64,000 nt of DNA, from assembly GCF_001194135.2 (NCBI RefSeq), contig NC_068991.1, positions 10,040,370 to 10,104,369 on the forward strand. The letters are read 5' to 3'. The stretch is from Octopus bimaculoides (lineage: Eukaryota). This document shows positions 54,526 to 64,000 of the stretch, piece by piece (position 1 is the first letter of the stretch; the number at the start of each line of letters is the position of its first letter). The notes beneath the pieces were generated by a model. That model had not been told where the DNA came from, did no database searches, and worked only from the letters and a program-made list of their open reading frames with translations. The position numbers were made by a program, and so were the translations under genes.

Positions 54526-55031
54526 TATGAAATATAATATCATAGCATAGATGATTTGCCACTATATTTGTATGTTATTATTGTTGACAGCACCACAAAC
54601 GACAGTGTTCATTTTTGGTAAACATCTGCTCCACGGCAATGATGAATCTCAGAACACTGTAAACAAATTACAGGATCAGTCACCACCGTCACCAACAATG
54701 CCACCACCACCACCACCACCACCACCACCACCACCATCAACAACGCTAGCTGTCTGCTTTCTCTGCTGATATGCATACATACAAGCACCATATAAGGATG
54801 AGTATGCATGCATGCATATATGTATGCATATATCTACCTATCTATATCTATCAATCTATATATCTATATATCTCCTCTATATATATTCACTTTTATTTGT
54901 TGCACTTTGTAGTTATACTGGGGCACCAGCTTGAAGGGTTCAACCCCAGAGCAAACCAACACCAGCCTTGTACTTATTCTGTCAGTCTTTTGCCTAACTG
55001 TTGCGAACAAACACCAACACAAACACACACA

Positions 55032-55065
<34 letters not shown>

Positions 55066-55308
55066 AAGGAATTCTTTCAGTTTCTCTCAGCAAAATCCAC
55101 TCACCTGGCTTTGGCCAACCCAGGTTTAAAGTAGAAGACACTTGCCCAAGGTGCCATTCAATGGGACAGAACCTGGATCCATGTGGTTGGGAAGTAAACT
55201 TGTTACTGCACAGCCATGCAGTCAAAATAGCACCAGTCATTTTAGATTTCTTTCACCGGTGCCTCGTATGGTAACCAAGAGAGTGTCAAAAGTGTTGTAC
55301 AAGCTTTT

Positions 55309-55643
55309 GACGTACAAACGTCTCCATTGACGTACAAACGTCTCCATTGACGTACAGACGTCTCCATTGACGTACAGACGTCTCCATTGACGTACAGACG
55401 TCTCCATTGACGTACAAACGTCTCCATTGACGTACAGACGTCTCCATTGACGTACAGACGTCTCCATTGACGTACAAACGTCTCCATTGACGTACAAACG
55501 TCTCCATTGACGTACAGACGTCTCCATTGACGTACAAACGTCTCCATTGACGTACAAACGTCTACATTGACGTACAAACGTCTCCATTGACGTACAAACG
55601 TCTCCATTGACGTACAAACGTCTCCATTGACGTACAGACGTCT
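55309..55643. repeat. 20-bp minisatellite, about 16.75 copies (GACGTACA[A/G]ACGTCTCCATT)
   Basis: Exact 20-bp period from 55309 to 55629. The only variants are A/G at one position and a single C>A near 55564. No spacers. Confidence 0.95.
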
Positions 55644-56249
55644 GATTATCATTTAATTTCTTGGTCTGCTTTGTATTTAATAAAATTCTTTGCAAGTATG
55701 GAAATAAATTACAACAAACAATCAAGATAACTACAAGACAACTATCATCAGACAAGAGGAGGCAATCGATGATGATGATAGGCGCTGGAGTGGCTATGTG
55801 GTAAGAAGCTGGCAGAAACGTTAGCACGCCGGGCGAAATGCTTAGTAGTATTTCGTCTGCTGTTACGTTCTGAGTTCAAATTCCGCCGAGGTCGACTTTG
55901 CCTTTCATCCTTTCGGGGTCGATAAATTAAGTACCAGTTATGCACTGGGTCGATATGGAATTGAGTAGGAAAAATTCATAGCAAGTGGAACCTCAGAAGT
56001 GATAATATCCGCGTTAGGGGTATACTGCCGACTACTCTTCAGGCCAAGAATATCTTGATTAGATTAAAGATTACATTATTGCAAGGAGGTACATGTTGAC
56101 ACAAAGAAGATTCAATCAGAATGTGTGATATATATATATATATGTATATACTATATCATCAGGGGAAAGAGAGTTTGCTTGTTAATATAGGAACATCTTC
56201 GATTTTACGTCAGCAAGATAACAATTGTCTTGGAGTTAAACGACATCAT

Positions 56250-56545
56250 AATTAGAACCATAGTTATTGTGATTGTCATCATCATCATCAACATTATCAT
56301 CATCATCAACATCCTTACCGTCATCATCATCATTATCATCATCAACATCCTTACCATCGTCCATTGTCACCATCATCGTCATCATCATCCACATCAACAT
56401 CCTTACCATCATCATCATCGTCATCATCAACATCCTCACCATCATCATCATCATCATCATCATCAACATCCTTACCATCATCCATTGTCATCATCATTGC
56501 CATCATCATCGTCATCATCAACATCCTTACCATCATTGTCATCAC
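56250..56545. repeat. (ATC)n-derived higher-order repeat with recurrent CAACATCCTTACCATC
   Basis: The motif recurs about 6 times, separated by variable (ATC)n runs. Confidence 0.8.
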
Positions 56546-57395
56546 CAAACCAGCACCACGGTAGTTATCATCCTTGTGTTCCTCCTTACCAGAGTAGGTT
56601 GGACAGAGTTCTACTGGTGGTAATAAGAAAAAAAATTTTTCTATTCCACATCTCCTCATCTGTGGCGACCTGAGATCTAATCTCACCAATCCCACATCCT
56701 CCCCACGCCAACCCCAGTCTTCCTCACTTCCCTCACATGTCAGTGCATTCTCACCCACCACTTTTTCCTCCACTGTCTGTTCACCTGCTTGCTTGTGCGT
56801 CACCTTTCTAGCAAGATACTACAACACATCTAACAGATCATAATCAAATTAATTATTTTAGTTCCATGAACTTAAATTTAAAAAAAAACAAAAAAACTTT
56901 TAATTGGATTTCGAATAAATTGGGAAATTAATTGTTCTTATTCTTTACTTTTTGTCTTTTTTTATAAAATATTTGTATTGATTATCTTCAGTTGGTCAGC
57001 ATATATTGAACTATTTAAATCGGTTCAATATGCTATCTTCCTTGTATCGTCACATTTGGAAAGGCACCATGACACGACACCCAACTGGCACCATACTCAA
57101 AGAACTCCACAAAGACTAACATCATAGTCACAGAAGGAAGAAATGATACCTTTTACCTTCGTTGTTTCAGTCTCTGGGCTGCGGCCATGCTGGAGCACTG
57201 CCTAGAAGGGCTTCAGCCAAGGGAATCAACCCCTAGTACTAAATTTTAAGCCAAGTACTCGCTCTATTGGCCTCTTTTTACTGAACTGCTAAGTTACAGG
57301 GATGTGAACAAACCAACACCAGTTGTCAAGTGGAGGTCAGGGAGAAACACAAGTACAAACAAATATACATATGTACATATAAACATACATATATA

Positions 57396-57437
<42 letters not shown>

Positions 57438-57802
57438 NNNNNNNNNNNNNNNNNNNNNNNNNNNNNNNNNNNNNNNNNNNNNNNNNNNNNNNNNNNNNNN
57501 NNNNNNNNNNNNNNNNNNNNNNNNNNNNNNNNNNNNNNNNNNNNNNNNNNNNNNNNNNNNNNNNNNNNNNNNNNNNNNNNNNNNNNNNNNNNNNNNNNNN
57601 NNNNNNNNNNNNNNNNNNNNNNNNNNNNNNNNNNNNNNNNNNNNNNNNNNNNNNNNNNNNNNNNNNNNNNNNNNNNNNNNNNNNNNNNNNNNNNNNNNNN
57701 NNNNNNNNNNNNNNNNNNNNNNNNNNNNNNNNNNNNNNNNNNNNNNNNNNNNNNNNNNNNNNNNNNNNNNNNNNNNNNNNNNNNNNNNNNNNNNNNNNNN
57801 NN

Positions 57803-57838
<36 letters not shown>

Positions 57839-58599
57839 AACACATATATATGATGATCTTTCAGTTTCTTATTTCTTTACTGCCCACAAAGAGGCTAAAC
57901 ATAGAGGGGACAAACAAGAGATTAAGTCAATTACATCAACCCCAGTACACAAATGGTACTTAATTTATCGACCCCGAAAGGATGAAAGGCAAAGTCAACC
58001 TCGGCAGAATTTGAACTCAGAACGCAATGGCAGACGAAATGCCGCTAAGCATTTCGCCTGGCGTGCCAACGTTTCTGCCAGCTCGCCGCCTGAATCTTTC
58101 AGTTCTTTCAGTTTCTGATCTTTCGGTTTCTACTTACCAAATCCACTCACAGTGCCAAGCTTTGGCCAGCCTGGGGCTACAGCGGAAGACATTTACCCAA
58201 GGTACTGCAAAGTGAGACTGAACTGAGAAGCAAGATTCTTAGCACACAGCTATGCCTGACAATTAGCAGACATTGCCATCAACAATGTGGCACAACCAAA
58301 TCCAAAGTCACTTCTAGGATGCCTCAATGAAACTGATTCTTTGAAATGTTTTGAAGTTTCCCAAGAAGTAGTCAATGGCTTTTGTTTCCAATGTAACTTA
58401 ATTTGCTGTAGAGAGAAGTATTTCAAAAGCATAGTCGCCATCATAAGAAACGAGGTGGAAGTGGGGGAGCTTCTGCCATTATAACCTCTCTTAGCTGTAA
58501 AAGCTTCATTTCTCAAAGTGAAGGGTATATTGCTTAATGCTTGATACATAGTAAGAAAGAAATGAGATGAACAACCTATGATGAATGTGCGAGATATGC

Positions 58600-58970
58600 A
58601 ATGTTAGCATTTATGATGGTATATAAATGTGCACAAAATGCAATCGTTGAAGAGTAAGAAGACGTGAGCCTTGAATACAGAAGGTAGTCAAAACTAAGAA
58701 GAAATGAGGCGAGCATACTATGATGGTTGTGCAAGAGGTGCAGCATTAGCATACATGTAAATGCACTGAGAGAAAAACTGGATCAGGGGTATCAGATGTA
58801 TAGTGTGCAAAAGGCCATTAGTTGGAATCAGATGTAGTATGCAAAGACATACATAAAATGATAAAGGTGGAGGTCAGGATACCCTACATCTGGGTCTATG
58901 TCGCCTATTTGCTCTTAATTCTTCCTCTAATCCCTAGCTCACTGCTTCAGTAATGATGGATGGCAACACG
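58600..58970 (+). mobile_element. Degraded RTE LINE fragment
   Basis: Reads RNEASIL...NALREKLD, same family as 16190-16760. Confidence 0.7.
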
Positions 58971-60136
58971 TTAGACTTGTGATCAATCAGCCCTCACATT
59001 CATCATTCATCACTCATCCCTACTGCTGTCCATCATTCTTGTTATCTTCATTTTTCATTCATTCGTGCATACATACTTACTAACAGACATGCATATATCA
59101 CCACCAGCAACACCATCAATAAACAACAACAACAACAACAGTCATCTAATGTCCACTTCCCATGCTGGTTTGGGTTGACCAGTTTCACAGAGAACCAGTG
59201 AGCTGCAGAGCTGCGTTGAACTCTGGTGTTATCTTCTGCATGGTTTTTACTGGGTGCCATTCCAAACACCAAAGAAATTTTTTTAAATAGCACCTGGTAC
59301 ACTTTACAGAGTGTACTGGGTGCTTATTTCTTGCCACCTGCACCATTGAGATTGCCATGTGAATTGCAAGACAGGAATATGTGGGTGTGTGTGTGTGTGT
59401 GTGTGCGCACACACGGACATGCACTCAGACAGACGTACACACATACACTCATACGCAGGCGTACACATGTACACTCATACACACGCATACACACACAGAC
59501 GTACACGCATCTACTCACACATACATACATACATTCATACAACTGTACAGACATCCATTCACACAGACATACACATATCTACTCACACACCGCTGTACAC
59601 ACGAATACTCCTACACTTCCACACATACATACAGATGTACACACCCACTCACACAACCATACACACATCCACTCACACACAGAGGTATACATGTACGCTC
59701 ATACACTCTTACACACAAACAGACATACACACATCCACCCCCACACACATACACACTCACACACAACCATACGCACAGACATGCACAAACACTCCCACAC
59801 AACTCCCACTCACGGACGTATGCACATCCACTCACACACACACACAGACGTACACATATCCACTCACACACACACACAACTGTACACATTACCACTAACA
59901 CAAAGATGTACACACACACATTCACACACTCTCACACACATACTCCCACATGCGCAAGTGCACACACATACACACACACACTCAATGAGCTCCTCTCAAT
60001 ATCTCTACTAAATGTACCCAGAAGGCCTGGTTCTATGCAAAGAGGCACTTACCCAAGGTGCCACCAGTAAGGTTAAGCCAGACACTATGTAGCTGCAGAG
60101 CAACATTTTTAGTCACCCAGATGTGCCTCTTCCTAC

Positions 60137-60170
<34 letters not shown>

Positions 60171-60438
60171 TCACAACACAAATATGTATACACAGTGTTC
60201 ACTTCAAAATCATATATATGCTTATAGCCATTCATTTATACATCTGCGCATCTGTGCTTCATTCCATCATTGCACACATACCTATAGATACATACATACA
60301 TTCATATACATAATTGGTCACACATACACACACACATTCACAACACTCACATACATATACATATATGTCTGTGTATGTGCCTACACCTATCTATCTATCT
60401 ATCTATCTATATCTATATATAAATAGGTAGATAGATAG

Positions 60439-60518
<80 letters not shown>

Positions 60519-61204
60519 CCCACTTGGGTATATATATATATATATATATATGGGGAGCGAGAGAGAGAGAACCAAATGGTTAGATAAATAGATAGATAGA
60601 TAGACAGACAGACAGACNNNNNNNNNNNNNNNNNNNNNNNNNNNNNNNNNNNNNNNNNNNNNNNNNNNNNNNNNNNNNNNNNNNNNNNNNNNNNNNNNNN
60701 NNNNNNNNNNNNNNNNNNNNNNNNNNNNNNNNNNNNNNNNNNNNNNNNNNNNNNNNNNNNNNNNNNNNNNNNNNNNNNNNNNNNNNNNNNNNNNNNNNNN
60801 NNNNNNNNNNNNNNNNNNNNNNNNNNNNNNNNNNNNNNNNNNNNNNNNNNNNNNNNNNNNNNNNNNNNNNNNNNNNNNNNNNNNNNNNNNNNNNNNNNNN
60901 NNNNNNNNNNNNNNNNNNNNNNNNNNNNNNNNNNNNNNNNNNNNNNNNNNNNNNNNNNNNNNNNNNNNNNNNNNNNNNNNNNNNNNNNNNNNNNNNNNNN
61001 NNNNNNNNNNNNNNNNGTTAGTCTTCTTCCATCCTCCACCTCTACTCCCACCTCTCCCTTCTGTTTCCACCTGGTTCTCCTTCCATTCCTCAATTTCCCC
61101 CCCCACCTCGTCTCCCCTTCCTTCTTCCTCCCTCAATACTGGTGTTTCTGTCACATCTTTCTGTCCTTGTCTGTCTATCTGACTTGTGGCCTATGTCTTC
61201 TTCG

Positions 61205-61237
<33 letters not shown>

Positions 61238-61664
61238 CTTTTGCTTCCTCCCACTGTATCTCTCCCTTTCTCATTCATTCATATATATATATGTATCACA
61301 TATATATATATCAACTCTGCTCTCACCTTGTATACTATCTCACTGTCTCACTCTCCTCCCTCCCCCTCTCTCTCTCTCTTCAACTTGTTTCTCAATATCT
61401 ATCTATCTCTCCATCATTTACTGGCTGTCTCCTACTTGTGTGTGTATTTATCTGCCTCTCTCTCTCTCTCTCTCCCCCTCAGTTTCTTTCCCTCTCTCCA
61501 TCTCTCTCTCATTATTCATGATGACAGCAGATTGGCAGAATGAGTAGCACACTGGTCTATTATATTCAATCACAGCCCTTTACATCATGAGTTCAATCCC
61601 ACCTAGGTTTGCATTTCCTTCCAATTTTTTTCCAGTGTCAATAAAAAAAAAACGACAGGCACAC

Positions 61665-62170
61665 CATTAGTTATGACAGCGAGGGTTCCAGGTGATCCGA
61701 TCAATGGAACAACCTGCTCGTGAAATTAACGTGCAAGTGGCTGAGCAATCCACAGACATGTGTACCCCCAACGTAGTTCTTAGATATATTCAGTGTGCCA
61801 CAGAGTGTGACAAGGCCGGCCCTTTGAAATACAGGTACTACTCATTTTTGCCAGCTGAGTGGACTGGAGCAACGTGAAACAAAGTGTCTTGCTCAAGGAC
61901 ACAACGCGTCACTGGGAATCGAACTCATGACCTTACAATCGTGAGCCGATTGCCNNNNNNNNNNGTAGTTCTTAGATATATTCAGTGTGCCACAGAGTGT
62001 GACAAGGCCGGCCCTTTGAAATACAGGTACTACTCATTTTTGCCAGCTGAGTGGACTGGAGCAACGTGAAACAAAGTGTCTTGCTCAAGGACACAACGCG
62101 TCACTGGGAATCGAACTCATGACCTTACAATCGTGAGCCGATTGCCCTAACCACTAAGCCACGCGCCTTC
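61665..62170 (-). mobile_element. tRNA-derived SINE, family D (with artefactual internal duplication)
   Basis: The minus strand reads GAAGGCGCGTGGCTTAGTGGTTAGG...GAGTTCGATTCCC...TGTGTCCTTGAGCAAGACACTT. A related fragment lies at ~20270-20400(+). 61773-61954 is repeated at 61965-62146 across a 10-N gap. Confidence 0.8.
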
Positions 62171-62211
<41 letters not shown>

Positions 62212-64000
62212 GTAAAATAAAATAAGATTCAGTTGAATTAGGTACTTAAACTTCTAGTTTTAAGAAGCCTAATTTCTCAAGATTGGCATTTGGGCAGTGT
62301 GTTACATATCCCAGTGCCCCAATAATTACAGGTATAAACCTGAACTTGTAACCTGGATAGAGTAACTGCAGATTTCTTGATAGTTCAGCATAGGTGTTCT
62401 CTTTTTCATACATACAAATGTATGTACGTATGTATGTATGTACGAATTGTAATCTTTTAACTCGTAATACCTATAATAAATGCATATGCATGCATGTGTA
62501 CATGTATGTAAGTGTGTGTGTGTGTGTGGGGGGGATATATGTATGTGTATGCACAAGCATATAATCATGGTGGAAATCAATGTGATATCCTAAACAAAAC
62601 AACCTATTGATATACTTTCAAAGGATTCTCTGCACTCTACTCTTCTTGTATGTTATCTCAGTAGTAACAGAAGAAAACCACAAACATACCCTTACCACCC
62701 TCCGCATCATCTTATATCCCTTTCTCCATCTCCCATTACTTAGCTGTTTCTCCTTCACAATTCTTATTGAATATATATTATCCAACAGATTTCATTAGAG
62801 TCGGAATGTTCTTTCTAGATTACTCAAAATGCAAGAAGTTATCACATTTCTCATTCAAATTATATAATTTTTCCAAACTATTAACCTCGTCTTAAATGTG
62901 TGTGAATGCATGTGTTTGAGTATGTGTGTGTATCTATGTGTTGTGCATCTGTGTCTGTGTTTGTGTGCATGTGGGTTTGTATGTGTGTTGGTCAGACCCT
63001 CTATAATGGGATTGAACCTGAGACTAACTGGTTGCAAAGTGAGCTCAACCACACAGCCATATCTGTACTTATGTGAGAGCTATATGTTACCTGTCTTCTG
63101 ATTAGACATTGGTAGAATTGCTAAAGTAAGGGCGGTGTATAGGCAGATATGAAAATATTTTAAATTTTATTAGATGATTTTCACATTGTTGATGTTAAAA
63201 TCATCATCATCACTGATGTTAAATGATGATGATGATGCTGATAATGATGACGATGATGATTTTAACATTATAAGAAACTATATATATTGCAAAAGTTTTT
63301 TTTTTTAACAAACTAGGAAAAAATATATAAATATTTTGCCAGATCATAAATGTCAATGACCATTTTAAAGAAGAAAGAACAACATGTGCAATAAAACAGT
63401 TAAAAAGGGCTTTAGAAAATCTTTACTCAAACGTTGTTGTGTAACAACATGCATTAAGACTGAATGCAAAGAAGAACAACAACAACAACATTAAAAACAA
63501 ATTGATTTTCTTGCAAAAAGAAAAACAAAGAAAAAACAGAAAAGTAAAATGAAAGAGTCATGCGCTGACTTAATACAACAGATGCACTTTTACGACCAGA
63601 ACTGGTAAAGTTCAAAGGTCAGATTTGTAAACAAAAATACAATTATTTGTTTGAAAGTTCTAAGAGAAATTTATGAATAGATATGTATGTCTGTCCCATG
63701 ACAAGAGCTAGACAAGATCAAAACAACCAAATATTTATTACAAAATATTTCCAGCTTTATCACCATCCTCACTATCACTATCATCATCATCATCATTTAA
63801 AGTCCATGTTCCATGCTGGCATGGATTAGACATTTTGACAGGATCTGAAGGGTCCAAGGACTGCATCATGCTCCAGTATCTGCTTTGGTATGGTCTCTAT
63901 GGTTAGATGCCCTTCCTAATGCCAACTACTTTACAATGTTGTACTGGATACTTTTTCTCATGTAACCAGCACTAGTGAGGTTGCCAAGTAATTTGCACCC

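Noticed and set aside
54007-54550. Asp-rich ORFs resembling acidic biomineral proteins
   Set aside because: They lie in a degenerate (GAT)n tract that also yields poly-M, poly-I and poly-S frames; no signal peptide or credible gene structure.
55309-55643. CRISPR-like array
   Set aside because: The 20-bp units are contiguous with no unique spacers, there are no cas genes, and the context is a eukaryotic intron.
55237-55827. Repeat-protein ORFs (VRQWRRLYVNGDVCTSMET...)
   Set aside because: They are a translation of the 20-bp minisatellite, open in several frames, with no splice or homology support.
59226-60070. His/Thr-rich ORFs of 180-260 aa
   Set aside because: They translate a degenerate (CA)n tract, as do the many HTHT, YIYI and CVCV ORFs elsewhere in the track.

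Overview
This is a 64-kb window of AT-rich, microsatellite-dense animal genomic DNA with 19 N-gaps, most of them next to simple repeats. The SINE/LINE families look cephalopod (octopus-like); that is inference from recalled repeat families, not a database hit. The only protein-coding gene I can support is an axonemal dynein heavy chain on the minus strand. Six GT-AG exons were read directly: 38794-38952, 25462-25686, 24805-24984, 23586-23726, 19982-20119 and 13310-13543. They encode the pre-AAA6 region, AAA6 and the AAA-lid, and best resemble the single-headed inner-arm DNAH12/DNAH3/DNAH7 group, closest to DNAH12. Exon phases require one more exon between 38794 and 25686; I could not find it and it probably lies in an N-gap. 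The rest appears to be intronic: tRNA-derived SINEs, RTE-clade LINE remnants with (GAT)n tails, an R4/Dong-type retroelement end inside a (TAA)n tract, a mariner transposase remnant, several MITE-like inverted-repeat elements, minisatellites and a ~730-bp fold-back. Almost all ORFs in the supplied track are microsatellite or N-run artefacts. I found no CRISPR array, rRNA or intact tRNA, and nothing that clearly qualifies as a new biological system; the best leads concern repeat biology and assembly.
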